NCBI RefSeq assembly: GCF_006345805.1
Contig: NC_043015.1
Location: 9,300,001-9,364,000 of the forward strand
Direction: 5' to 3'
DNA length: 64,000 nucleotides
From: Octopus sinensis
Taxonomy: Eukaryota
In this document: positions 38,721 through 52,590 of the stretch, in pieces
Layout of the letters: each line of letters starts with the position of its first letter
How positions within the stretch are numbered: the stretch's first letter is position 1
Translations under genes and position numbers: made by a program
Notes under the pieces: generated by a model
The model's database searches: none
Told to the model about the DNA's origin: nothing
Seen by the model: the letters and a program-made list of their open reading frames with translations, nothing else

Positions 38721-38886
38721 AGGCGCAGGAGTGGGTGTGTGGTAAGTAGCTTGCTAACCAACCACATGGTTCTCGGTTCAGTCACAACGCGTGGCAACTT
38801 GGGCAAGTGTCTTCTGCTATAACCTCGGGCCGACCAAAGCTTTGTGAGTGGATTTGGTAGACGGAAACTGAAAGAAGTCCGTCGTA

Positions 38887-38935
<49 letters not shown>

Positions 38936-39198
38936 ATTGTCCTATATATATGTATATATATATATATGTATGTGTGTGTGTTTGTGTGTCTGTGTTTGTC
39001 CCCCTAGCATTGCTTGACAACCGATGCTGGTGTGTTTATGTCCCCGTCACCTAGCGGTTCGGCAAAAAGAGACCGATAGAATAAGTACTGGGCTTACAAA
39101 GAATAAATCCCGGGGTCGAATTGCTCGATTAAAGGTGGTGCTCCAGTATGGCGGCAGTCAAATGACTGAAACAAGTAAAAGAGTAAAGGAGTAAAGAG
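38721..39198 (+). mobile_element. SINE family A
   Basis: Full-length match to 6451 and 14896. Confidence 0.9.
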
Positions 39199-40505
39199 TA
39201 ATTGCAATATGCTTGCTTTTCTGGTATTACAAACGTAGTGTCTTGGTGCACTAACTTTCATTTATTCTTTTCAATTGTCAAGCTACTTTCTAAGAATTCC
39301 TCTAACAGTATTTTCATTTATTCCATTTCCTTACACCCCATGTTTTAAAGAGAAAGAATAAATGGAATAAAATACGTTAATACTTTATAGTATTATAAGA
39401 CTTAATAATTTATATATTTATATGGTTCTACAATCCTACAGAGGTGGTTACACATAGTGCTGATTAGGAATTCCGTTAAAATGTTCAGTCAGATGCGTTG
39501 ATATCGGTAAGTGAGATAGTGACGTTAATTTCCCCTTTCGCTGTTATGGGCGCCGGCGATTGAAATGTTGTCCATTAATCATAGATAATGTTTCAATATA
39601 GCTGATCTGATTTGCATGTATTTGTATTATAAGAACACAAGAACTTATCTTTATGCGATATTTGAAGGTAAACCGTGCAGCCTGGTTGGAAGATGTCGCT
39701 CTATGACGGCTTTTGTACATGTTAGACATGTTCCTGGTTGTCTGATGCTATCGTTTCAGTGAAGAGTTACATTGATCACCAATTTAGGCATAAATATTGA
39801 CACTAGAAAAATAATTTAAGAAGTCAAGGAGTAATATCTATCTGGGAAGTTGTTGGTTGCAGTGTTCTTGATCGAGCTAATTTCTAAGCGATCCCGTGCT
39901 AAATGATTTTAAAAAAAAGAGAATGAAATGAAGATGGCATAAGTTGACGTTGTTCACCAATAATCAAACGTCTTTGTTGAAACTTACTTAAGGTATGCTA
40001 AACTATATTTTGGTTGAAATATATCTCACTCTTTTTCAATATAAGTATAATCGAAATCAAGTGTACAAAAGAGGCTCTGCGTTACCACTTCGAATCAGGT
40101 CGCAAGAAGTCTTGAATAAGTGATAACACTGATACATAGAGTTATCTGTACATGCTATATAGATACAAGAACAGAGCTGACGTATCCATTAATATAAAAG
40201 TGATATTAATAAATTCACATATTTACTATCATTTAAGAAAAAAATTCTATATTCTACATCTCTATTTCTAAATTTCTATTTTCAGACATTTTTATATTAT
40301 GCTATATTTTTCACTATATTTTCTCTTTTTTCTTTCACTGCCATTAATTTTCTTAGAAACTTTCCAGGAAAGTTTCTATTCAGACGTTAGTAAGTTAACA
40401 ATCAATCATTCATATACCTGCACAGAAAGTTTAATATGATGGGAAATAAAATGAAGGTTGCAACCCCCATCTATACGTTATACACATTTTCAAAAAATGT
40501 ATACG

Positions 40506-40618
<113 letters not shown>

Positions 40619-40682
40619 ATATGTGTATATACATATATATATGCATGCTGGTGCGTATACACACACACGTATGTATACATAC

Positions 40683-40725
<43 letters not shown>

Positions 40726-41612
40726 ATACATATATATATACACACACACACATATATATATACATATATATATGTATGTATAATAGAGAGATCGAGAGAG
40801 AGACAGGCAGACAGATATATAGATATGGATATATATATTCACACAATGTTCGTATATATATTCATATATACCCGCAAGCATATGCGTTTGTATATAAACA
40901 TAAAAGTAGCTGCTTATATATTTCTATTGATAAATATAATGACAGTTAAATCTTAATGAAATAGCGGTAACCTATGTGAATTAAAAATACATATGTATTT
41001 ATGATATATATTTTAGTGTAGCTCACATGTTTTATAGAAATGTAACTATACTTCAAACATTGTATTGGTCGATATATATATAGAGACATCTCTATGTTTT
41101 AGAATACATGGACGAATTGTGTGTACAAATGTTTCTGGAAAGAAATATATACCAACTTACTGTGAATCTACCTATCTACATTCTCCATTATATAAATAAA
41201 AAAAAAAAACTTTTCTTTCGTTTTTAAGCAATTTTAGGAGAGGTATTTAGAAAACACTCAACTAATATCCTGTGTTGTCTAGTATTTCTCTAAGAATGCC
41301 AACCGTGAAGAATTTTCCTACAGTTAATTCATTTTTCTTTTCCAAATTTAAAATATGATAAAGAAAGAGCTTCTTAATCAATGCCATATGTAGATATAGA
41401 GGTAAATATATTAACGCTGTATTAATGAATATATTTTCCCTGGATTTTACTGGAAGTTAAATGTAATACGTACAAGTTGGAGATACAGAAAAAAACACCA
41501 TGGAAAACATATTTAAATATAAGGGGAGGGGAAATAACAACATACATTTAGAGAAACAATAATAAGAGGATTTGAAATGGTTAAAGATATATACATACAT
41601 ACATACACACAC

Positions 41613-41658
<46 letters not shown>

Positions 41659-41710
41659 CAAGCATACATACATAGATTCATATATGCGTGTATATGTAAG
41701 TATATATGTA

Positions 41711-41767
<57 letters not shown>

Positions 41768-42209
41768 GTAGGAGTGAAATTGGATTACAGAAGTGCAAAG
41801 GATTATGTTTGAAATTCCAAGATTTTCTTCCAAATCCATACTACTTACATGTATTTCAGTTCTGTTGGAACCATAGACATACATATTAAGACATATGACG
41901 TCAATCTTTATTTTTAAATGCACAAAAATAATTAATGCGTTTCAATATCTACAGATTACTTTGTCACGGAACTGAATATGTATCGCGTCTTAATTTAATT
42001 AAAGAAAACAAAAAAAGACAATTACGCACTCATAAAACACAGGCAGATACGTATTAGTGTGCTTCCAGCTTTATAAGTTTCGTCATGTATGACTCTCTTT
42101 CTTTCTCTCTCTCTCTCTCGCTCTCTCACTATATATATATAATAGTGGTTTTGTCTCTAATTTAATATAACATATATATATATATATATAAAATCATAAA
42201 ATACACATG

Positions 42210-42255
<46 letters not shown>

Positions 42256-42617
42256 GCATGTACATATGTATATGTATGTATTATACATATATATATATAT
42301 ACATATATATATGTATATATTTCTTCTGTATAAATTTATGTATATAACTATATATATATATGTCTGTGTGTGTGTTTATTTGTGTTTGTATATGCGCGCA
42401 GACACAGAGAAGTATGCATTATTATGATTATTTGATGTCGTGAGAAATAAAGACTATATGACATTAACTTTATAGATTAATCAATATATTTTAGTACGAT
42501 ATGTAAATAGTTAATATTAACACTGAAAGCTCTGTGACTACGAACTCTGGTCTCTGCTTGCGCACCTTACGGAAAAGTACCTCTAGTTTTGTACACATTA
42601 GGCAGATATAGTCCTCG

Positions 42618-42672
<55 letters not shown>

Positions 42673-44040
42673 CTTACTTTATTATTATTTTTATTAACTT
42701 CTTATAATTATCTCATAATAATGACCTTTATGACTCGTATTACTACCTCAGTCAATCTAAATGTATATATTTGTCACTACCTGTCATAAATAGCCTTTTT
42801 CTATGTGCAATATGCATTTTCGTTGTATTTTATATTTTCTTTTCGTAACATATTTCTTCTATATATATATATATATAGACGTATGAAATGCAGTATGTTA
42901 TTGAAACAGCAACGCATGTATGCATGTATCATATTAAGTGCAAACGTTTTGCAAAATACAAATTTACTGCGTCATTCGTATGTACATATATATGTGTGTG
43001 TGTGTGTGTGTGTATGTGTGTGTGTATGTATGTGTGTGTGTGTGTGTGTATGTGTGTGTGTATGTGCGTGCGTGTATCTAGCAATGCACCAAAGTTGCTT
43101 ATAGCCGTCAGGCGAAAACAAAATCTCTCATATGCAAGAGAAGGTGCATTACATTGAAATTGTTTTCTCTGTTCCGTACATTCTATAAATAGCGAATAGC
43201 ATCTATACTGCGTGCTGCACTCGGTGTATTTCTTGTAGGTGCTTTATGTTCAATCGCTCACGCACACAACCACACACACACATATACACACACCACTCCA
43301 CGCACAAATACACACACAAACACATAGACACGCAACACACGCACGTACACACACATACACACATGTATCTGCTTGTTTGTGTGTATGCATAAACCCTCAA
43401 TTCTGAGACCCACAAATTGTCAGCATATGCTTAAGTATGTCCTACCAAAGGCTTACGTGTGTCCTAACAACTTGACAAAATATCATGGCCTATATCTTAT
43501 TTACCGTATAATAATTCTTTCACAACGAATCAAAGCTACCGGTCTCCACATTGCGAACGATACTATGATAATCTATTACTTTGACAATGATGAAATATAA
43601 AAGATATAAATCTAATTTAATTACCCGTTTGTAGAGTCTCGCAATGAAGGGGAACAGGGGTTCTTGTTGAATTACTCTTTAGAAAAATCTTACAAGGAAA
43701 TAACTCGGCATCTCAGTATGAGAGCAAAGATAGGATAACATATCCAGAAACAAACAATTCCCGTGCATTTAAGTCGGAATATATTTTGCCAAGCAGGACA
43801 CCTTTCTATAGAAAACTACAAGCATATCAGTCTTTTCGGTTATATAAAGATTTATAGAGACGTTCCTTTATCATGAAACAGATGAATTTTTAATCGAGAT
43901 CGTACGATGGTAGAACATTTTAAAGCAAATAACACTTCAAATGTTTACGTGTTTGCGCAGGTACTATTAATATGTTGCATATGTGTATATTTATACTTGC
44001 ATTGTGTGTTTGCGTTTGAGTGTATATGTTTGTATTGAAA

Positions 44041-44800
44041 CCTGGGCACCAAGCCGTTAATCCGTTTAACGTTAATTAGTTATGTTAATATTTTCGTTAC
44101 GATTAAGCTTTTAAGTTAACTTTGGAAATCATTATCGGGTTAATTAATTTCTGTTCCATTTAACTTCCATTAACTCAAGTTGCTCCGACGATCTTTAGAC
44201 TGAAGGACTTGGAGGTCCATACTGAAGGTCCATACTGCAACCCTTTGATCGACGCAATTTTAGCAGGCATCGACAAAAAGTTTAGGAACCCGCTGAATGA
44301 TGAGAAATGCCATCTGGCTGCTACCTTCCACTCCAGGTCGCCTCCGCTTCTTGGTTAAGTGTAACAACGCCAATGTCGCCAAGGTGAGGGGAAGCATGTA
44401 GTGTAAGATCGAGGAGGCCATGAAGCACCTGGCTAAAGAAGTGAACTACAACAGAGGAGACAATAACATCGAAGAGGACGATGACTTCTTCAGCGGTGGC
44501 ATCCAGCTAAAAAAGAGTAGCATGCGTCACATATCACTCAAGGACAAGGCCCGGAATTTCGTCAAGACCTGGTTGGAGATCAACTCCAAAGACTTCTTGA
44601 CAGACGCTGCCTTCTTAGGTGAGCAAATGTTGGTGGACTTGTTTCTCAAGTTCAGCCAGCCATCCCCACCAGTGCTGCAGTGGAACGTTTGTTCTCTATG
44701 GAAAGGACATCTTCAGGGCCAAGAGATCATTCCTATCTGTTGAAAACATTGAAACAGTAATTTTCGTGAAGGGCAACATGCATCTCATGAAGAAAATCAA
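44041..44800 (+). mobile_element. hAT transposase C-terminal fragment (probable internal-deletion derivative)
   Basis: YCNPLIDAILAGIDKKF...CHLAATFH, then PTSAAVERLFS/GKDIFRAKRSFLSVENIETVIFVKGN, the hAT dimerisation domain. GC content is markedly above the flanks. Confidence 0.8.
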
Positions 44801-45102
44801 GAAGGATAAGAAAAGAAAAAGTTGAATTATATATATATATATATTCTCTACATAAATTCCACACGCTAGGAGGGTCTCTTAAATTCAAAACTACCAAAAT
44901 AAATAAGCACATAGTACCGAGGGGATGCAACTCTCAAAGCGAGCCTGTTAAAAACAGAATTAAGCAGCATATCATTTGATTCCATAATTAGTGCACAAAT
45001 GCACTTCTTAACCTCAGTGCAGGCATAATTCAAGATTTAGAAAAATGTTAGTAAGACACTCGACAAGAAAAGGTAAGAGAATTGAAAGATGATGGTAATG
45101 AA

Positions 45103-45183
<81 letters not shown>

Positions 45184-45194
45184 CAACAACAACA

Positions 45195-48100
45195 AAAATA
45201 AACCTGCTACGCATGCAAGACTCCACGACCTCCAGCAAAACCTGTGATAAAGAGAAGACAATAAGAATGATAATAATTTTTGGAATTACTGAGCAGAGAT
45301 CATGTGACGAAGGAAGAGCGTTACGAACCAATTTGTGGATAACAGAATTAGACCCAGAAGAGTTTAACTAAAGGATATCGTGTAATACTGGGCATACAAT
45401 ATACTAAATTTGTATACTGGAAGATATGGAGCAATTGCTCAGAGGAATATACTAACGTGAATTGTGAGAGTATCGAGATCAATGACTACCAAAAGAATTA
45501 ATAATACACATGATTTAGGATATATTAAATGCGGAAGGCACATAATTTTTGTGCAGCTTTAGGAAGGCTAACCAATGGAAACTAAATCAGAAAAGAAGTA
45601 AAGTCAATAATGTATTGAGACACATTGAAAGAAAGAACATAACATAAACATATAATGTCAACAATGTTGCAAGTAGGATTACAGAAGAAAGAATGGGATT
45701 GAGATCTACTGAGAACAGAACATTGAGGGGTAGAAGAGGAAATAAACAATCTTGGTGGATAGGGTGAAATTCAGAAAATATGAACTCACTGAACAATGCC
45801 GTGTCAATATTTGTCCGGAAAAGAAAAAGAAAACTGATGAATGATCGTAAATTCGAAAAAGGGAGAAACAAGTATGTCGGAGATACAAAAGGCCTGCAAA
45901 TTGTTATGGAAGATCCGAAGTATTTCATATTTACAAAAAAACAAAAGTAACAAGGTGTGAACAATGGATTATGTAATACCGTCAAAACACATTGTTTAGG
46001 ACAGAACAAAAATATTTGATCAAGAGATTAATGATGATAAAGAACGTGAAAGATTAACTGATGATAGAGCATCTGAATGGCCCTGCAGCCTACAGCAAAC
46101 ACCTTCTGATGCCCAGCAGGAGAGCATCCACTCCACAGAACACTATCAGAAATATGAGTAAAAGTATAAGCGATTGGGATGCAGCAGGTCCTGACGGTGT
46201 ACAGGGATTTTGGATGAAAATGTGCAGAAGATACCAGCAATTGATCGCAGAGCAACATAATGCATTGATCGATGGAGAATAAATCTCGTGCTGATTGGAA
46301 AAAGGACGAACGGTGTTTTGGCTGAAGGATGCATCAAAAGGAAATGCTGCTGACGATTACTGGCCAGTTTCTTGAATCCTAACGTGGAGGTTACTGTTAA
46401 GAGGAAGTGTAGAACTACGTATTTCTTGATGAGAACGATATGTTTGCAACGGAACAAAACGTTTGTAGAAGGAAATGCAGAGGTACCAAAGATGAATTAT
46501 TGATAAAGAAACAGGCAATGCAAGATTGTAAACGAAGGAGAACTAATTTGGAAATGGTCTGGATTGAATATTGCAAAGCTTGTGATATGATTTCACATTT
46601 GTGGATAATTGAGTGTCTAGGTGTTTGGAATTGCAAGGAATGTAACGTATTCCCTTGAGGGAAGTAATGTGGGATGTAAAACGGAGTTGATAACCTACGG
46701 TAAAAGTGTTTTGCACCCTGGGCATCACAAGAGAGAGTTTCGAGAGTGATAGTATATCACCATTACTTTTTGTTCTCTGCATGATCCCTCTGATGTTGGT
46801 GCTTAGAAAAATGAACATGGAATACCATTTATAGGGCAACTCTCAATCAATCAACCCCCTCATCTTCGTGGATGGTTTGAAGCTGTATGGCAAAGATGAG
46901 GCACGAGTGAGTTACTTGGTCAACAGGGTCCACTGTTTTAGTGCTGATATTAGAATTGAATTTGGACTCAAGAGGTGTGGAATACTGTACCAGAAAAGAC
47001 GCATGGTACAGTTCCTAGCAGGGATAGAACTGACCAATAGAGAATTGATTAAACAAACAGAAACATAAGGCTACACATACCTTCAACAAGATAATAGAGA
47101 AGGAAATGAAAGAGCGACTGACATGGGAACATTTTCGAAAACTAAGTTGCTACATGGGTGATAGCATCACTTCGGTATGGAGCTAAAATAATAAACTGGC
47201 AAATGAAATAACTGCTTAACTTGGATACGAAGAGAGGGAAAATGCTGACAGCACACGAAACATTCCTAACAGTGACACCGATAGGCTGGACTTGTCCTGA
47301 AGTGAAGGTGGGAGATGTTTAATCAGTTTCCGGATTCTATCGTAGGAGGGGGATACAATTTAGAGTGGTATGTACAAAATGCGGTGGAACCACTGTTGAA
47401 ACATGTGACGAAGACCGGCGTCATTAAAACTGATAATTGTGTAAAGCAACATTAAACAAAAAGAAATGGCATGGAAGGAAAAATATAACGCAGGGTCAGT
47501 TTGCAAGAGACTTGATCGCCAAGACTGATATGGAAGTCCGGTGGCTATGAATGAGGAGGAATGACCAGAAGATAGAGAGAGAATCACTTATATTCACATC
47601 TCGAGACAATCAATAACGACTATGTGATATACAAAATCAACAACACTACTGACAGCGACGAATGAATAATGTGTGGTGAGAGGGGTGAAACAGTATGCCA
47701 CATCGTTAGCGAATACCTGAAATAGACACATCGCGAATACAAAAGACGACGTGAAAATGTGACAAGAATGATCCACAGGAAGCTCTGTGAAAATCACGGC
47801 CTAGAAATAAATTTTAAAAAAGGCGTGCTATGAGCGAGCACCAGAAGGAGTCAACGAAAAGGAAGATTGCAAAATCATGTAGGATGCAATGTTTCAGTGC
47901 GATCAACTATCCAGACATCGGAAACGGGTCATTGTTGTGGTGAATAAAGATGAAAGAACATGCATGATAATCGACATAGCATGTCATGGTGAAAAGAGGA
48001 TCAAAAAGAGAGAAGAAAAACAGAACTACGGCGATTTGAGGTGGGAAATACGAAATGTATGATCAATGAGGAGAGTAGACTCGGTACCAATAGTAATTGG

Positions 48101-48330
48101 AGCACTTGGAAATATCAGCAGTCAACTAACATCGTGGATCAAAACTATTGCTACAAATGGGAAGGTAGATCACATTTTTAAAAAATCAGCATTGCTTGGA
48201 AACGCAAGGATACGTACTTCGCAGTGTTCTTCAAGCTTCGCCAGTTAGGAAGTAAAATCTTAGTCCGCTGGCTGTGGACAGCTGAAACTTTCCATCGTAT
48301 TCGGCAAAATAAGCTGTGAGATTTCATTAA
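45195..48330 (+). mobile_element. R4/Dong-type RLE non-LTR retrotransposon, long decayed copy
   Basis: [54 protein letters not shown] (RT), then CCHC/RH region, IIDIAC, VPIVIGALG, KSALLGNARI. Flanked by (AAT)n. Confidence 0.9.
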
Positions 48331-48595
48331 ATATTATAATAATAATGATGATTATGATGATGGTTTTGGTGATGATGGCAGTAATAAAACAAGTAAAGGA
48401 GTAATAATAATGGTAATGGCGACAATAATAACAGTAAGAATATAAACAATAATTTTCAAAAACACGTCTCCAAAAACCTGGTTATAACGAAATATTTTGG
48501 TATAATGCTTCTGGCGCGATTAATGTGATTATGTAAATTGCAAAGAAATATATTAAAGCATTAGACCGTCATTTTCCTTCTAGTAAATATAGTAA

Positions 48596-48995
48596 TCTTT
48601 ATATATAAAAGTCAAGTTGTGTGTCTGTCTCCTACGATTTAGATTCCTAACTACTCCCACATTTTGCGGTGCAGTTTAACCAAAACTGGGTATCTTATAG
48701 TCGTGATTCATATCGAGCCCTTCTGGGTATTAGCGCGGGTCTACGATGAGTCTACGATTTAAAAAATAATTTACCACCAATTTTTTTCCTTTTTAATGCA
48801 TTTTTTCGCTATTATATAAGGGAAGTAACTCTCTAAATATGTCTACGATGAGTCAACGATTTTTAAAAAAAAATTTACCATCATTTTTTTCCCATTTTTA
48901 ATGCATTTTTTTGCTATTTTTTGGCTATAACTCTCTAAAAATGCTTTATAGTTATTTCCCTTATAAACCCGAGCAACGCCGGGCGATACTGCTAG
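48596..48995 (+). mobile_element. Complete non-autonomous Helitron (400 bp)
   Basis: A|TCtttatatataaaag 5' end, subterminal hairpin cccgagcaacgccggg (48968-48983), and CTAG|T 3' end. Inserted between A and T with no TSD. Confidence 0.92.
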
Positions 48996-49224
48996 TATAT
49001 TTATAAAAAAAAAACATGTAAACACTCTACCACGCCTGTTTTAGTAGATGATGTGACTGTTATTAATTTTAATGCCATTTAATAAGTATTTTCTTAGTAA
49101 AAACAACATCGATTCAAGGACGAGTTTACCCAAAACGCATTCTTATTCCTTACTCAACTCGTCAACACTCGACCGAGCCTGATTTCACCAATATTCCCAA
49201 TACACCGAAGTCTTGCAGTAGAGG

Positions 49225-49232
49225 TACTACTG

Positions 49233-49280
<48 letters not shown>

Positions 49281-49301
49281 ATAATAATAATAATAATAAT
49301 G

Positions 49302-49369
<68 letters not shown>
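49225..49369. repeat. (CTA)n(ATA)n compound microsatellite
   Basis: Directly visible. Confidence 0.95.
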
Positions 49370-49547
49370 CTGCTGTGTCTGGGGAGAGTCATATTTTGTG
49401 CCCTATAAAGTTATACGCTAATCAGTAAAATGTCCACTTATTGCTTATTTTAGGAAAATAAAAATAAGAAATAAGTGGAAATTTTACCGGTGAGTAATTT
49501 TACCGGTGAGTAAGGCACAAAAAAATGACTCTCGCTAGACACAACAG
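49370..49547. mobile_element. 178-bp MITE with 33-34 bp imperfect TIRs
   Basis: ctgctgtgtctggggagagtcatattttgtgcc vs right-end reverse complement ctgttgtgtctagcgagagtcatttttttgtgcc. Possible AAT TSD. Internal 16-bp tandem duplication. Confidence 0.85.
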
Positions 49548-50664
49548 AATATGCGTCAACACACGATCTCATATCCAAATCCAAAAAGGAATAATAATAA
49601 TAATAATATTGAATTTATTCTTCACTAAGTTAAGGTAAGAAGACGAGCGCGACTGTGATTGGTAATAAGCAGAGTTTGACGCTGTTTTTTAAAATGAAAA
49701 TGAAACGAGTGAACAATATTTCGACACTCCGTGTGTCTTTTACGAGTTCAAAATATAAAATGAAATTAAATTCAAAGATAGGAAACGCTGAGCCAGTTGA
49801 AATTAAACGGGAATAACTGCATTTATTTTCAAGTAAAACTACGTCAACAGTTTTCGATCTTTCACAAAAGATGGTTGAGGGAAGAAAAGAAAAAAACAAA
49901 ACAAAAAGAAAGAACAAATTTGGGAAAAACAATTATTCAGTCAAAACGTTTGGCATTAAAATGATGGAATTCACCTGCTGTTTTAATAATTCCCCAGGTT
50001 GAACTGTCAGCAGTTCACAAATATATCTATGCTCATGGGTTTTAAGGACTGAAAGTGCAGTGGAGTGATGAGGGTATTTTTTGAGAATGTCCACCTTCAA
50101 GTTTTCCTGAAATTTATATCTCTTTGATGTGAACTGCTCCGCCAGTTCCGTGGAAACACTGTTATTTTGCCTGACGTCGTACCTGTGTCCGTTAAATCAT
50201 TTTTTTGTAATCGTTCTGTTGTGTAACCAGCATAAATCATTTTGTGTTTGGTGCATCCCGCTGCATACTTCAAATGGGAATACTTACAGGCCCCTCCTGT
50301 GTAAATCATGACATTTCTATTATATTTTTGATATAATTTTACAGACTCATATTACTGCACTACGAGCAGGGCTTACCTCTCTTATGGGTGCTTTTGGGGT
50401 GCAGCGTTCAGAAACTCTAATAGAGTTTTAATTAGATCTTCTGATCAATATTTCTCTAATGCGGTCATTTTTCTGAAATATCCTGGTAACTGCCATGCAT
50501 CACTTTTGAAATGTTAGAGAAACTTCGATCCCAGTTAATCATTAAAGTAATTCGGCCTTAAGCTCTTTTCTGACTGCTAAAATTAGGCATGAATGTTTGA
50601 TTGTCACTAAACTTTCAGCTATGTCCTTCGCTATTTTCTTTATCCTTGAATAATAACCATGCTT

Positions 50665-51795
50665 CACGCAATGACAATGTATGGTGCCATCCACGCTAAG
50701 GCAAATGTAAACAGGCTCTACGTGAAGAGTGTAAAAGTGTATGTGGGTTGATTAGCGTACGGGAGTACATCACCAGTGAAAGAAAAAACATGGCAGAATA
50801 TTGGGCAAACAGCAAACATGAGCTGCTGCAGTAGGCTGCTAATGCAGAAGGCATTATCATAAATGGACGTGACAACGCTCGTGAATTCCGATCAAGAACA
50901 TGCAACGAGAGAGAATAAACTCTATTCCGCGTGAAATTACCTGGTCATTTCCACCGTGAAACCAACAAATTAAAAGAACAGGAAGCATCACCAAGGTGCT
51001 TTAACAAGGGTGGCCTAAAAAAGAATATTGAAAGGATAATCATCGCTGCCCAGGACATGGCATTGAATACCAGCAGAGTGTAAAAAAGGACTTATACCAC
51101 ATAAATGCAACGGACCTCTGAAGAATATGTATGAAGAGAGTTGAAAGCATGACTCACATTGTTAGTAATTGTGAAAGTCTTGCGCAGAAAGAGTACAAGC
51201 GTATCACGACAAGGTAGCCCCAAACCTCCACTGGTTGCAATGCCGTAAGTATGGAGATATGAGGTTACAGGTGCTTGTTACCAACATAGAGCAGAAAAGG
51301 TAATGGGCGAAAATGGGAAGGCAAAAACCTCTGGGACCTTGACATCTCGACAGACAAGAGATTAGAGCCCCGAAGGAATGATATAATAACCTTTAGCAGA
51401 GACAAACAAGAGTGCCTAATAATTGACGTGGCAGCGGCAGGAGATCAAAATATCATCATGAAAGAAATATAAGCGATTGATAAATATTGGAGACCTGAGA
51501 ATTGAGATCGTTAAAATATGAGAGCTACGAGTGTCAAATATAAAGTTTATCCCTATTGTTATCGTTGCATTGGGTTCAATACCACCTAACCTGAAAAAGA
51601 GGAACAACTGAAAACATTAAAATTACCATACAGTCTAGATATATTGCAAAAATCGGCATTACTTGGAACTGCATGCATATTGCGTAAAGTACTGTGTGTC
51701 TGAGGTACTTGTGATTTGACACACAGTACAAACATTAGTAGACACAGTATCTTCGATAAACAAATTCACGACAGTGTATAATGTGCGACATCTAT
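50665..51795 (+). mobile_element. R4/Dong-type LINE, 5'-truncated decayed copy (distinct 3' UTR)
   Basis: MTMYGAIHAKANVNRLYVK, THIVSNCESLAQKEYKR, CLIIDVA, FIPIVIVALG, QKSALLGTACILRKVL. Followed by (AAT)n. Confidence 0.88.
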
Positions 51796-51824
51796 AATAA
51801 TAATGAAATAATAATAATAATATA

Positions 51825-51869
<45 letters not shown>

Positions 51870-51920
51870 CAATAATAATAATAATAATATAATAATAATA
51901 ATAATATAATAATAATAATA

Positions 51921-51954
<34 letters not shown>

Positions 51955-52499
51955 GCCCTGATGCAGTACCAGCAGTGGCTCTCATGGCTTCTGATCATAA
52001 CTGATTGGAAGTGTTATCATGTACATTGTTTTGTCTTGGTAAAAGATGGGCTACAGCAAATATTCTGTTCAATACCACAGATTTGCTTGTCAGTTGTTTG
52101 ACCTTAACCAGTTGAGCATGTCCCTTAGTGGCTGACGATATGTGCATCTCTGATCACGAGCAGAAGTAGTGGGGGAGCATCATAGCCATGTGTTGAGAGG
52201 GATTCTTGGGGTTTGAATAGTTCACCTCTGGAAACATGGGTGGTTCTTTCAACATCCTTAAACAACCCTTATTCAGGGACCGTTTGAGCGGGATAGGCTA
52301 CTCAACCTGAAGAAAATTCTAACTGGGCCCCACTGCAAGGTCATGTGCTGTTATCTTGATATGAGATCACATGTCGCGCACATATGGTGTGATGCATGTG
52401 CCTGGTGTACCTTTATCAGACGGGTAGTCATGATGGGTATATGGGCTTCGTATATTTTACCCCAGTGTCACTTTGATGGCATGAACTGCTCTCTCACTC
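51955..52499 (+). mobile_element. (TAA)n-associated non-coding element, longest copy
   Basis: Same family as 8571-9080, with ~40 extra 5' nt. (AAT)n on both sides. Confidence 0.85.
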
Positions 52500-52590
52500 A
52501 ATAATAATAATAATAATAATATAATAATAATAATAATAATAATATAATAGATAATAATAATAATAATAATAATAAAATAATAATAATAAT

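Noticed and set aside
50097-50309. 70-aa ORF MIYTGG...
   Set aside because: No homology recognised; length is within chance.
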